Source: Blastocystis sp. subtype 4 (Eukaryota). Taken from it: a DNA stretch of 64,000 bases. The position numbers and the translations under genes are program-made. The DNA lies in assembly GCF_000743755.1 (NCBI RefSeq), contig NW_014569532.1, positions 1-64,000 of the forward strand. The letters run 5' to 3'. The notes under the pieces are model-generated. The model was not told the DNA's origin and did no database searches. It saw only the letters and a list, made by a program, of their open reading frames with translations. Of the stretch, positions 25,049 through 38,223 are shown one piece after another. Positions within the stretch are counted from its first letter, which is position 1; every line of letters begins with the position of its first letter.

Positions 25049-28000
25049 ATGGATCAGTTTACTGCAATTGTTGTTACTGCTGCTGGAGCAAAGCAAGTGA
25101 GTACTAGAGATAGGGAGTTATACGAAGGCTTCTGCGTATCAAGCGGAATTGGAACACCGTCAAAAGAGTGGCTTTATTCCGAAGAATACATTTGTTCTTG
25201 CCGTTCCAGATCCTAGTTCAGCTCGTGTGGGAAGGTATAAGTACATATTATAGTTGAGGAGACTAGTGGTGGTGCTACATTTAATGCAATTGTAGCTGCG
25301 TGTGAACACCTTTCGGCTCGTGCCGGATTTGCTTCTGTGTCGCCAGATATTCTTGCCAATTCCAAAATTGTGATTATTCACTCTGGAGGCGATAGTCGTC
25401 GTTCTCCTCTCCAGAGTCTGTGTGGAAAGGTAAGAACTAAGAAGTGTCTTGTTTTGTAGGCTTGGTCTGCAGTGAATTCGTCTTTGCGTGAAGATGTGAT
25501 GACTCCTTTCGATTTCTTGTTATTGAATCTTGCAGATGCTTTCCGCGATTCGCCACCTGGTTTAATCGTGTGTTCTAGTGACGTGCTCCTTGACTTCGGC
25601 AAGGTTCAGAAGGCAGATTGGACACGTCCAGGTGTAACGGGTTTAGGCATTCCTATGCCCATTGACTATGGTACCCGCCATGGTGTATATATCAGTGATG
25701 AGTTCGGGTATGGGATTTCTGTGTATAGGTTGAGTTTAGAAAGGTGAAGGAGTTCTGCCAGAAGGCTTCAGTGGAGGAGCTACGTGCGAAGGGTGCTGTT
25801 CATAAGGTACTTGTGAATGGGTAAGCATAGAGGAATATGTATCAGTATAGAATTGAAGAAGAGCGTGTGAATCTTGACTCAGGTGTGGTCTTTTTCGATT
25901 CTCAGACAACACAAACCCTTACGAATATTCATTTGTATCCTCCACTGGACGCCTGCACGTACATGGGTGTGGACAATGGTGCTACTCCATTGCGTATTGA
26001 GCTGTACTCCGATATTATGGAGGCTTTGGGTAACTCTCCATTGACAGAGGAGGAGTACATGAACCTTCCTACATCAGCCAAACAGTAATCACAGATCAAG
26101 GTATTGACGTCTAGGCTTCAGGTAGTGAAGGATGCACGTGCCATCTTCTGGCGCCATCTGCGTAAGATCCCATTCAATGTATGTGTTCCTGATGATAGTG
26201 ATTTTGTACATGTGGGAACAACTGTAGGCAATAGGAGAAGACCTGAGTGTTAGTTGGAGAATATTGAATTCCTGACACGAGAAAGCAAATGGGCCCAGCG
26301 TCTCCAGCTGAACAAGCATGTTCAATCGTAGGTGAGATGATGGATACTGAGACACAGATTCATTCGCAATGAAGCCTCTGTGGCTCAGAGTGTAGTAATG
26401 AACTCATTGATCAGCGGCGAGGGTGAGGCAGGCGAACAGTCAGTGATCGAACATTCGCGTCTGGAAGGAGCGTGGAGGATTGGACACACCAGTTTTGTAT
26501 CTCAGATTCATTCGTTTACAGACTTGGAAGTTAAGAATGAGGTGGCTGTTCAGGAGATTGCGGTGAACGAAGATGATCTGATTTTGATTTGTTATGGTGT
26601 GCGTGATCAGATCAAAGTCCTAATTACAATAAGGATTAAATCTAGGCTCAATATGGAACAGAAAAAGCAACCATTTGTGGACAGAGTTGGGATCGATTCT
26701 TTGAAGTGGCTGGTGTTGTCCCTAGAAAGGTACCCAATTCATGGATATTCTGAGAATAGATCTGGCCTGATACAGATGGTGAGCGTACGTTGTGGAATGC
26801 TAAGCTTTTCCCTGTTCTTCATGCCTCAGATGATCCTGATATCGCTCTGTGGATGCAGGATTTGACGCATGTGAGTATGGAGAGTGTGAAGCATTGGCGC
26901 ACATGTGATCGTCTCAGTCTGAGTGATATTCTTCTGCGCTGTGATCCCAGTACCAGTTTCCTGTGGCGCAAACAGATCAACATGGAGATTGGTATAGCAA
27001 AGATGTGCGAGGTAGGGTATATGGAAGAATACTGAAACCTAGGTGTTGCGTGAAGGACGAGATGAATGTGTTCTTCCAATCATTCGAAAGATTGTCTCAT
27101 ATGGAGACATGAATACCCGTGCACTTACTGTACAAATGAGGACTGGGTATCATCATAGGCTCTGGATGAGTTGGCTATGGAAGTACCTCTGCAGATTGTG
27201 CCTCGAATTCTCTCTACAATAGCTGACTTCCTTGCCGAGATGGCTGATAACAAGGGAGGACTGCGGAGTGGACCTGCACATAACCCTGATTGGGATGAGT
27301 CGATGCTAGAGATGCGACTGGGTCACATCAAGGAGGCTGTACGCATGATGGCGACACTGCGATCTTCCTGGCTCAATTCCCCTGAACGTATGGTACGTGC
27401 TGCCAGACACTATGAGGCTGCTGCTCGTGTGCTTGTGAGTGAGGTTATTTACAAGTGTGCTCGTCGTTTCCGACGTACTGTAGCTCCGCCAGTAGGTGTG
27501 TGGGTGAAGGCCAGTTGTCCAATCCGTGCGGACCTTGCTGGAGGCTGGACTGATACTCCTCCAATCACTTACGAGTTGAAGGATGGAGGTGTGTGTGTGA
27601 ATGTTGCCATCAACCTTGAGGGTAAACCTCTTCTTTCTTATTGATAGTTAGGCCAAATGCCTGTCGTGGCCTCAGCTCGTCGTCTGAAGGACCCTGTACT
27701 GGTGCTGCAGCCTCCTGAAGATATGGCTTCGTCACCTGTGGTATGGAAGACACTCGAAGACATTAGTGACTATCACCAGCCACTGGCTCCAGGTGCTCTC
27801 TTCAAGTGTGCGGTGATTGCTCTGGGTAGTGATACACTGTGTATTTGAGTAATAGGTCTCATCAACCCGGACTCTTCACAGGAACTGGACCAACAGCTCA
27901 ATTTCAACGTGGGCGGTGGTATCGAGGTTCGCATGAAGTCTTCACTTCCACAGGGTTCCGGTTTGGGTACTTCTTCTGTACTGTCGGGAGCCCTGCTTGC

Positions 28001-28734
28001 GGTAGAATGTGAAAGATGTATCTCAGTTGTAGGCTATTTGCACGGCTGTGGGTTATGAGTATGATGCAGACTCGATTGTACATTCAGTGCTGATTCTAGA
28101 GCAACTGCTGACTACAGGTGGAGGTTGGCAGGATCAGGTAGGAGGAATTCTGCCTGGATTCAAGTACTCTGTGTCTCCGGATCAGTTCCCTGTCCGTGTG
28201 ATTACTGAGCAGGTGCCTGTCTCTGAGGAGTTCCTAGATGCAATCAATCATCGTCTGATTGCTATCTATACAGGTCGCCAGCGATTGGCTCGTTCCCTCC
28301 TTCAGGACGTGATTCGTCACTGGTATGCTCGCGAGCCATCAATCCTGCAGGCTGTGCGGGATCTGCGGGATAATTCTGTTGTATGTCGTGAGGCTCTGCT
28401 TCGTGGTGACCTGGCTGCTGTTGGCGAGTGCTTGAACTGCTACTGGGCCAGTAAGAAGACAATGGCACCGCAGTCAGAGCCCAAGTTCGTTGTGGACATG
28501 CGTGAGGCGTTGAGTGATTTGATTCTGGGAAGCTCACTTGCGGGAGCTGGTGGAGGTGGTTTCTTCTTGTGTCTGACGAAGGAGGCGGATCAGATCGAAG
28601 AGGTGAAGCATAGATTGAGCTCTCTGAGTGGTGTGGACGAAATGCAGTTTATGAGAGCCCAGATTAACATGCAGGGATTGCAGGTAACTGTGGGCGATGA
28701 GTGTATAGGAAATCCTTTGTTGAAACGTGAATGA
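25049..28734 (+). CDS. L-fucokinase / GDP-L-fucose pyrophosphorylase-like (FUK/FKGP) fucose salvage enzyme
   Basis: N-terminal IHSGGDSRRSP...GKAW nucleotidyltransferase-like region. GHMP kinase motifs CPIRADLAGGWTDTPP, LPQGSGLGTSS, EQLLTTGGGWQDQVGG and AGAGGGGF. Many short introns. Confidence 0.9.
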
Positions 28735-28925
28735 ATGTGTGTGTGTTTGTTGGAGTATCGATCTAATCCAGCAAGGTTGCTGAATCAATCATTTGAGAAT
28801 GAAGTATTAGTAGCGTAAACCTTACATACAGTTGTCACAAAATCACGTCCTTTTCGGTAATTCCACATTCCTCCCATCTCATTAAGGTTTATCTCAAAAG
28901 CGAGAACGAACCCTTATTTAAGGCA

Positions 28926-30415
28926 TGAACAAATCGTATCTGCTTCTTTTCACATTTCGTATATTTCATCTGCTTGCTGATAATCCATTAGTTCTTGTAC
29001 TATTCGGAGTATCTTCCAAGTCGACTGAATCCCTAGTTATATTCACTTATATTTGGTAATATCTAGTCTACAAATACGAGTTCGGTAAAAGCCAAGACAT
29101 CTTCCAAAAAAGGTATGTTTACTATATTATTTGTGATTTGTTGTAGATGCTGATGACGACTTTTATGAGCTATTAGCACAGAAACTAAATGACGAGAAGA
29201 AAACAACTTCAGAAAACGATTTCTTTCCAGAGCTAGACAACAGTGATAATCAAGAGTATGAGAAGGACCCAGAAACAGAAAATGAAAACAAGAGACACTT
29301 GATTGGTTTGGCTTCTAACATTCATGATGTGAATGGGGTGAGTGTCACTCTTATTGTTTCCGTCGAGTCGATTGAACGTGTTTGGTGTCAAGCAGTTCCA
29401 GAAGGGACATCTGTGGATCCAGAACAGTTGCAAGATCAATTTCTAGGTGAAACTGTATCAGAGAAGGAAAGTATCGTTTGTTCTCGTGTGCTTATGTAGA
29501 AACCATGACTATTATTCTTTCTCATCTCCAACCGGACTCTTCGTATTCCATTCACTGTTACGGTTTACCGATACTGTCGGCCTCTGTTTCGGAGGTGTCG
29601 CAACCTGAACATACCATTCATACTCTTGCAGGTGAGGGAATGAGGATGTTTTTCATTACCAGCAACTATAAGCATAACAGGAATCAAATACCTCACATCA
29701 TCGATCTCCTATAAAGTTGAGTCTAATATTCATTTGATTGCTTCGTGCTCTCTCTTTAATTCTGAGTGTACAAATGGTTGTTGTCCTTTATTGTAGCAAA
29801 TGAAATCGCATCTCTTCAGTCTTCGGTTCAGACCCAAAGTACCATTAAATTTGATCATTTGGATCTCACAAAGAAGTACTTCACGAAATGTACAATCTAT
29901 GATGGACCAAAAGGTATGGAAGGAGAATCTCTGATCAATAGCAATCATTGCATCTGAAATCATCACACTTCAGAAACCTCTATATTCTATCTCACTTGGG
30001 ACTATGATCATCTGGGGTATTATCATTCTTCTAATATTAGTTATTTTAATTTTGCTTCTCTCACTTATCAAGTATGATCTCCTTTTAAACCTGAATTCTA
30101 GATTCCAAAAGAAAAACCAGACAATGTAGATTTCGGTTTGTTTGAATAGTTATTAGATACGATCTGGATGATATTGAGAAAATAGGGTTATTAAAACGAA
30201 GGAACATTTCCACTATTCATCGAAGGGAATATGAATCTGATAGTGATAGTCAATTGCTAGGTCGTGAAGATGAAATTCAGTGTTCTCAATGTAATGGAAG
30301 GGAAATGGTTTCATATTAAGGTGGCTTTAAGAATCCACGTTCAACTACTGTATGTAGAGCTTGTAACTGTGTTTTGAATAATTCGGTGCTAGCAGAAACG
30401 ATTATGCAATCATAG
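28926..30415 (+). CDS. Hypothetical membrane protein with C-terminal C4 zinc ribbon (RanBP2-like)
   Basis: Hydrophobic N-terminus and a TM near 30010-30070. The spliced C-terminus reads IQCSQCGFKNPRSTTVCRACN...MQS*. Start approximate. Confidence 0.5.
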
Positions 30416-30447
30416 TGTTCATTATTATTCATTTCTTTTGTTTGTTA

Positions 30448-31739
30448 ATGAATATTGATGTGTCGAAGCAGCCACTTGTTCGAGACCAATATGACATTAT
30501 CGGAAGAGTACATGTTGGAAGAGAATATGATGGATAGCTGGGAAGTGGTACATATGGAGTTGTTTATATGGCAAAGAGGAAAGGAACTGATGGACCGTTT
30601 GTGGCTGTGAAAATCATCCTTCCACAAAAAGAAGGGAAGACTGATTGTCTTACAACAATTAGCCAGCTTCGAGAAATCAAAATCATTAAGGAACTCAAGA
30701 ATGATCACATCGTTAAGGAACTGGAAGTATTCTATAATTATCCAAAGCGTGAGCTTGGAATTGTCTATGAATATGGTTGATATCGAGTATTGGATTCATC
30801 TGTAGCTGATTACGACTTGCATGATCTTGTGGAATCCTTTCAAAGTGCACGGCAGTCTATTCCAGTCCCTATCATTCGAAATATCATGTGGCAACTCTTG
30901 AATGCGGTTTCATATCTCCATTCCAATTGGATAATGCATCGCGATATCAAGCCGACAAACATACTCATCTTTGATAATTCTGTTCGTTCAGGTTTGATCA
31001 AAGTGACGGATTTTGGTCTGGCACGGAGTTTTCAAGAACCGATTATTGCATTCAGTGAACTGGAGCGTGTTGTCGTTACTCTATGGTATCGAGCTCCTGA
31101 ACTCCTTCTGGGATGTAAATCGTATGGTCCTGCTATTGATATGTGGGCTGTTGGTTGTGTGTTAGCACGGGTAGGCGGTAAAAGCGGTGGATGATGATTA
31201 GATGATCAATCTTAGGGACTTGTTTTGTGGAGATGAAGTCCGCTCTCTCTCTGAGAAGCATCCTTTCCAAAGCAATCAATGTGAACGAATCTTTTCCATA
31301 TTGGGTTTGCCTTCTATTTATGATTGGCCTGAACTCAAGTCGTACGAACATTATTCCAAGATCTCGCGATGGGGTTTCGACAAACGACTTTCGTCTTCAT
31401 CTTCACTGCGATCATGCATTCGTTATTCGAATCGAGATTCGTAAACGTTGAAGTTGAGGTTTATATGCTAGAGAGATGATAGACTTACTAATTCAGCTCC
31501 TCACACTGAATCCAAATCATCGGATCACAGCACGAGATGCCTTGCAACATCCCTTTTTCACAGAGCATCAGAGTGAATTGTCATTGGACTCACTACCTAA
31601 GAAAGAACAACGTGATTTCCCTACACCTCAAAAACATGTGGATGGAGTCAAATTCGAACCCCACCTTGTTCATTCTCCATCTTCAGGAATTCAGTTACAA
31701 GTTCGGAATGAAGAAGGTCTATTTTGTACTCCTAAGTGA
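30448..31739 (+). CDS. Cyclin-dependent kinase, CDK8/CDKE-like
   Basis: LGSGTYGVVY, VAVK, YLHSNWIMHRDIKPTN, DFGLAR, VVVTLWYRAPELLLG, and HPFQSNQCERIFSILGLP resembling CDK8. Confidence 0.85.
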
Positions 31740-31786
31740 TCTGTTTGATGCAAAGTCAGTAAACAAACAATCAACAGGAAAAACGA

Positions 31787-32165
31787 TTATTCATAGGGAT
31801 TTTGAATTTCTGTCATACCCTCTGCCGGATTTATGGTCATTATGGCGATTCCGCGACAAATCACAGTTCCAAGTTGTCGTGTTTCTCCCGACAATGAATG
31901 TGGGTCATCAAAATCTATAGATCATGGCAAGCCAAGACAAAATACCACGCAAGTATTCTACAGTATCATCAAGAACCAGATTCATCAGAGCATCGTATCC
32001 CTTCAATATACCTGTCACTATTCCGTTAAACAAATACAACAGCCAGCCAACACTCACGTCCACCTTGGAATTTGACTCGAATTCCCTTATCTTGATACTT
32101 TTGAAGATCAAAAATGAGTTGCTTTTGAGCCTACAAATTAAAAACAGAGAAAAAGAAATCACCAT
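31787..32165 (-). CDS. LSM7: U6 snRNA-associated Sm-like protein LSm7
   Basis: Spliced DLQKYQDKGIRVKFQGGRE..TGILKGYDALMNLVLDDTVEYLR..TRQLGTVICRG. Confidence 0.9.
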
Positions 32166-32377
32166 GAGAGAAGAATGATCGTGACGTATATGTTACTTAC
32201 TACAGTTGGTTGAGGATAGAGAGACCTGATTAATAAATCGATGTCTCTGAGGATGCTCTACGCGTTTCGGAGAAACCTCCTTTTACGTAGTTGACTACGT
32301 GGCAATATTTGATTGGATATACTTATGAAACAGGGAAACTATCCCCTTCCTTATTCAAATAATCATATTTATTTCCA

Positions 32378-33499
32378 ATGAATAAGGTATTCTACGCTAC
32401 ACTATTCCTAATTGCTGTTGCTACTTGTATAATTGAATGAGGGTGATTACGTATAGCTGCTTCTTTGAAGTCTGTGAGCGAAGTATCTGTTATTAAGGGA
32501 GCTAGAGATCTTCGTCGTGCCTTTAATGCTGCTCTGGCACGTATCATTGATTCGGGAGAGTTCTTGGAGATCAAGAACCGAACTGGAATGAATGAGGTTA
32601 TTGCTTGCATTACTTGTGCTCCGGATTCAACGCAATCTGTTTTCCCTATGAAGGATTCTTTGACTGGACGAATGGTGGATATCATTAATGTAATGCTTAT
32701 CGTCGTTTATTCATTGTGTAGAAGCAAGAGTTGGTTGTTGCAGGACTTCGTTACATCGATATGCCTGCTGGTGACTACGTTGCCGATCCTCCAGTCGGAT
32801 TCTGGCCTGAGTATCTCCGAGCCATTGTCGCCAGGATTAATGCTTTCTATCAAACCAATATTCAGATCAAGTGGAATCTGTTCAGTAGTTCATCAGCTAT
32901 TATGGATTCTGTTCGTAAGGGAGAGTCGGATATGACAGATCTGTATATGATTCTCTCCTCCTTCTACAATGGTAAGGATCGTATTGAAGCTTTCTCGGTG
33001 TCCTGTTCTCCTGGTGGATATGAATCTACTATGACAGTAACGCGTGCTTCAGGACTGCAGTCGATGGTTGATCTGAACAATGCCTTGGAGTCAGGAGACA
33101 AGCTGAAGATCGGAGCTCTTTCTTCTGCCGATTTCAGTACGGTTAAACCCTTCTTATCTGCAAAGGCCATTCCAGTCACATTCGAGTCTGTAGATGAGAT
33201 GCGTACCCAGATGTTGAATGGAGAGATTTTGGCTGGTGTTACATCTACCAATCCTGGTGAGACCGAAGACTTCGCCACCTTCCGAAGCGGTGTTGTGTCG
33301 CCCCGTGCTGTGATGATGTTAGCTGATGCCGATGAAGTGTTGGAGCCTGAAACTGACAACACCCAGACTATATGGATAATTATTACCTGTGCTGTGTAAG
33401 TGGCTTATGTTGGTAGTGATGTTTAGAGGAGTTGTCCTGCTTGTTGTGGGTATTCTAGTTGGACATTTCTGCCAAAAGAATAAGAAAGCTCAGCTTTAA
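32378..33499 (+). CDS. Membrane-anchored protein with a bacterial-type solute-binding (PBP2/family 3-like) domain
   Basis: Signal peptide; LVVAG...PPVGFWPEYLRAIVARI...MDSVRKGESDMT...RIEAFSVSCSP pattern; C-terminal TM IWIIITCAVGVVLLVVGILVG and a short basic tail. Three introns. Confidence 0.65.
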
Positions 33500-33532
33500 G
33501 ATCGTTTAGTTATACTGTTTGTAACAAACACT

Positions 33533-34300
33533 CTACTTCATATTTGCCATCAAAAAGCCGTTAAGACTTCCTAAAGGTGAGGGACTTGGATTATACTCAC
33601 TTTGCTGTGGACTACGCTTCTGACCCTGATTTTGTCTCTTCAATACAATTGTCTGCTGCTTCTTGCTTAGATCAAGGATAATCTGAGTATCTTGTCGAAC
33701 ACGAGGTACTTTTCGTTTCATAGCCGTTGCTCTCTTTAATTGGTTCACTGACTGTTGCAAACGAGAGTTGCGAGGCGATCTTACAGGTCTCACTGGATTG
33801 GCTCGAGAGGTCGGACGAATCTAATTGAATAGATGAAGTCAAATTGTACGTGTCCTGGCATGGAAATGCGACTATTCGGAACTCCTGAAAAACGACGACG
33901 ATTCTTACGAGTTGAGGAAACTAGGATCACACATTCGTTTATACTCTGTACAATTTCGTACTCCTCTATTCTCATTTCGTTGGACATTTCGATTAGGCAA
34001 AGGTTGTCCTTTGGGAGGCAAATTCTACAAATTCAATCAAATTCAGCATATATACTTCATTTACAGAAGTTGGTTGCTGGGAATTCTGGTCCTTTCCGAT
34101 AATCTCACCTGGTCGTTATACGACACCGAACTATCCATACTTATTGGGACATCAAAAACTTGCTCAGAACTCATAGTTGGGACGATACTAAGGAAGGAAT
34201 GTTTGATTCCATAGCATTATTTGTTAAGGAATGGTAATGAATTGAACAATGGAATGGATTTTCTCGATGTCTTCACTCTATCTTCGCTCTTTTGACTGAC
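33533..34300 (-). CDS. Hypothetical basic low-complexity protein; start uncertain
   Basis: Minus ORFs 33533..33793 and 33790..33987. TAG stop with the TGTTTGTT motif at canonical spacing. Confidence 0.4.
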
Positions 34301-34318
34301 ATCATTGTTTCTGTTGGT

Positions 34319-35200
34319 AATGTCCTCCGATGAGGAACCATTAAATGGATTAATTTCCAAAACAAGAGAATGTAGAAATGAAAACTATAAGATCGCCATC
34401 ATCAATTACGTATCCTTACACCTTCTCTTCAATCTAGGCGTGGATCGTGATCCAGAATCTTTTTGTTGGTATCTTTTGGAAGCAGGAACATTCCTTCGCC
34501 TATCCAGCTCCTGTTATCATGATTATCAATGCTGTCTGTCCTACACTTCAGTAAGAATTGACTTCCTAGTTCATTATAGGATTCTTGGTAGTTGGCTTCT
34601 TGTAAATCACTTCCTTGTACTCGTAGTCTATCCTATTTTCTCTCATCTACAGACCCAGTTACTATGCTACCTATCGATATTCCTTGCAGTATCGTTATTT
34701 CCAGTTTCTGACATAGGGAATCAGTATTACTTGTATGATTATCGTGTGCCCCCAAATGAATTCCTTTCTCACCAAATGCAACATGGGTTTCCCTTCAGAA
34801 GACTGCCGAATCTACGACATTCACTACATGTGGCCGATTTTGCTTGTACAAACACTCTTGTGTCTCGTTGTCATCGCTATCAAAACTGTTATGGTCCGTA
34901 GAGCATACTCTTTGTATTGGTACCTTCATGAATACAAAAGTCCACTTCTCAAGTACATTCATGAAGGACGATATCTGCATATCAACATTCCTACTGATGC
35001 TGCAAAGAATAAGTAGGAGACGTAATGGGGAGATGATGGATACAATACCGTTTGTTATCATAATAAGCACTACATGATGATTGCAAACAGCACGGTTGGT
35101 TGCAGACACAACAGATCCCTCCAACTGGAACGGCCATAGAATCATTGGATTGTTCTTCCATAATGAAAACATCCTCAATATATCTATACGTTAGACAAAG
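34319..35200 (+). CDS. Hypothetical multi-pass membrane protein (boundaries uncertain)
   Basis: Hydrophobic exon fragments such as HYMWPILLVQTLLCLVVIAIKTVMV. Confidence 0.35.
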
Positions 35201-35384
35201 ACTTCACATCCAACTTCATTCCAGGAAGAAATGGAGGATTCCTTCCTTTGTAAACAACTGGGAGGGAAATATTGCAGATAGAACACTCAAAGTAACGTGT
35301 TGACATTCAGAAACCGAGTATATGAAAGAGTGACAAAACAGGACCGATTTTGACGTCTTGTCCATTTTGCTACACATCCAGCGA

Positions 35385-36911
35385 ATGGCCGAATACTCCT
35401 TATCAAGCAAAGTAGAGGCGGCTATTAACAAGCAGTTGGCGACTGAAGAAGAAGGAAAGGCGTATCTGCTTATTGAAGTGTTGAATATAGGTTTCGCCAT
35501 ACGGGTCGTGATGACCGTGCTACAACAGAGAATGTGATGGATCCTCGAACTCGTTTCATTCTCTACCAAATGCTCAATAGGGGGCAACTCCGTGAAATGA
35601 ACGGATGCATTAGTACAGGAAAGGAAGTACTATTCATGCTCGTCAATATAATATTTAGGCAAATGTGTATCATGCAATCGGTGCAGAAGCTAACGAACTG
35701 GCAGTGAAAATCTACAAAACATCGATTCTCATTTTTAAGGATCGTGAACGTTACGTAGCAGGCGATTTCCGTTTCCGACATGGTTTCAACAAATCTAATC
35801 CCCGCAAAATGGTTGCAATGTGGGCAGAGAAAGAACGGCGTAATTTGGGAAGGTTGGTATCATTCATCGTCTTAACAACAGATTGCATGCTGCAGGTCTT
35901 CCAGTCCCTGAACCCATCAGTTTGACTCGAAATGTACTTGTAATGGAGTTTCTTGGAGAGAATGGTTGGCCAGCTCCGCGATTGAAGGATGTGGCTCTAA
36001 CAAAGAAATCGTACGAACGTATCTATCGAAGACTTGTGTTGATACTACGAACAATGTATCAGGAATGTCGATTAGTTCATGGTGATTTGTCCGAATACAA
36101 TCTGCTGTAAGACTTACAATTGTATCCTAATATTAGGTATTATCGCAAGGATATCTGGATTATTGATGTATCACAGTCAGTGGAGATTGACCATCCAAAT
36201 GCTCTCCATTTCCTTCGGAATGATTGTAAAAATGTGACTGATTACTTTTCAAAGTAATAAAAGGAAGAATTCTAAGAAATAGGAATGGAGTTGATGTGAT
36301 GACAACACGAGAATTATTTGATTTTGTTACGCGTTATTCACTAAAAGAAGAGGATTACGATGATGTTATCAGTCGGTCTATTGAGTATTCGAAGGAGGTG
36401 ATGAAGAAGGGAACATATGAGAATGAAGAACAAGTATTTATGTCTGCATTTATTCCACAGAATCTGTTTGAAGTAGTTCATATCGAAAGGGATATTACAG
36501 ACATGAAGTTGGGAAATATCGAAGAAATCTTTTATTCGGCTCTTACTGGTATTGATATTGCCATGAAACAAGCAGCAAATCGACAAGAAGAGGATGATGA
36601 TGATGAAAAGGAATTGGAGTTTGAAAATGAGTTTGAAAAGAGTATATTGTGAATGAATGGGGTTTACAATAGATTTTAATGAAGAGGAGGTTGAGAAGGT
36701 GATTGAAGAGCATACTGTGACTCTCCCGTTACCAGAGGGAACTGGAGAAGAAGTGGAGGAGGAAAAGCAGTTCACAAAGAGAAATGCTACAAAAGAAGAG
36801 AAGAAGGCGCACAAACAAATGGTAAAGGAAAGCAAACGAGAAAAGAGAAAAACAAAGATTCCAAAAGCAGTTAAGAAGAGAGCTGAAAAGGTTGCTCGTA
36901 TGAAGAAGTAG
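35385..36911 (+). CDS. RIO1: RIO1 atypical Ser/Thr kinase (40S maturation)
   Basis: [83 protein letters not shown], and a K-rich tail [10 protein letters not shown]. Confidence 0.92.
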
Positions 36912-36935
36912 TTTTGGTATGTTTGTGAACACATT

Positions 36936-38142
36936 ATGTTGGCAAGAGGAGTGAATAGAGTTGCTCGGTTTTGGAACGTGAATTGTGCGTTCTATTCAAC
37001 CAAATCATTGAATGTTGTCTTTTTTGGTTCGGATGCCGTGTCTAATCCGACCTTGCAGCTACTTTTCAGTGATTATCTTCGTGAAGATGGTTTAATCAAC
37101 AGACTGGAGGTATCGAATTGTTTCGCTTCCGGCTTATCAAACAGGTGATATGTACTGCAGACAAGAAAAGTAAGCACAGTAATGAGTTAATTGAATCACC
37201 TATCAAGTATTTTTGTAAGAAGAATGAGATTCCATTCACGCAACTTCCGGTTATGCCGTACTCTCTATGTATTGACTGTTCTGTAGTAACCACACATTGA
37301 AGAACTGGCAGCCTCCCGAATCAATCCTATCCAAACAGTTCAACCTCTGCATCGTTGCCTCCTTTGGGTTCTTCATCCCTCCACATGTAATTTCCTGCTT
37401 CAAAGATGGAGGACTGAATATGCATCCCTCTCTTCTCCCCAAATATCGAGGTGCAGCTCCTATTCATCACACTATCCTCAATGTTGATTCTCTCTAATCC
37501 AATGATCACTAGAATGAGTCCAAAACAGGAATTTCAGTAATTACTCTCAATGACAAAGTGATCGATTCAGGGAAATGTTTGTATCAGAAAGAGGTGGATG
37601 TAGATCCAATGATGCATTTCCCTCAGTTGGCCTCCAAACTAGCCTTGGAAGGTGCCATGGGAATTATGGATACTATCTATAATATTGATACAATTACACC
37701 ATTTGATCAAGTGCTTATTGAAATTGTCTGTAATCATAGGATGAGTCAAAAGCAACCCAAGCGCCGAAGATAACAAAGCAAATGTCATTTGTGAATTTCA
37801 ACGAGTCAACAGCAACCAATGTATTCTGTCTGTTTAAGGCGTTGAATTATGAGTATCCTTTGCGTGTTCTATGGAATAATCAAACGGTGTTTCTAAGATC
37901 AATTCTACCTCTAGAGGAAGCAGAGAAACGACCTAAAAACCTACCAAATGCTGCTGAATTCCAACCGGGAAGTGTTATTTATTGCAAAGAGCGGAAGAGT
38001 CTGTTGATCCGATGCAAAGATACATGGGTGTATTGTGATGAAGTTCAAATTCTTCCAAAGAGTCGGAGCATCACCGCAAGTGTGATTCAACACGAGTTCA
38101 GTGATAACCAACAACAATTCAAACTCTTTTCTGGATATAATT
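36936..38142 (+). CDS. MTFMT: Mitochondrial methionyl-tRNA formyltransferase
   Basis: Presequence-like N-terminus, VVFFGSD, IVASFGFFIP, LNMHPSLLPKYRGAAPIHHTILN, IDSG. Probable poly(A)-completed stop at 38142. Confidence 0.85.
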
Positions 38143-38223
38143 CTGGTGTTTGTTATAGAATTGTGCTTGTAATACCTTCTCGGATCTAAACGGGTATTCT
38201 GCTTGGTATTAGAGAAGAGAACA

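Noticed and set aside
25049..28734. Many in-frame stops and frame changes read as pseudogenes or an alternative genetic code
   Set aside because: The interruptions checked are explained by ~30-nt GT-AG introns, and long exons elsewhere translate cleanly with the standard code.
28735..28752. (TG)n microsatellite after the fucokinase stop
   Set aside because: Only a few units, merging into the TGTTTGTT 3'-end motif.
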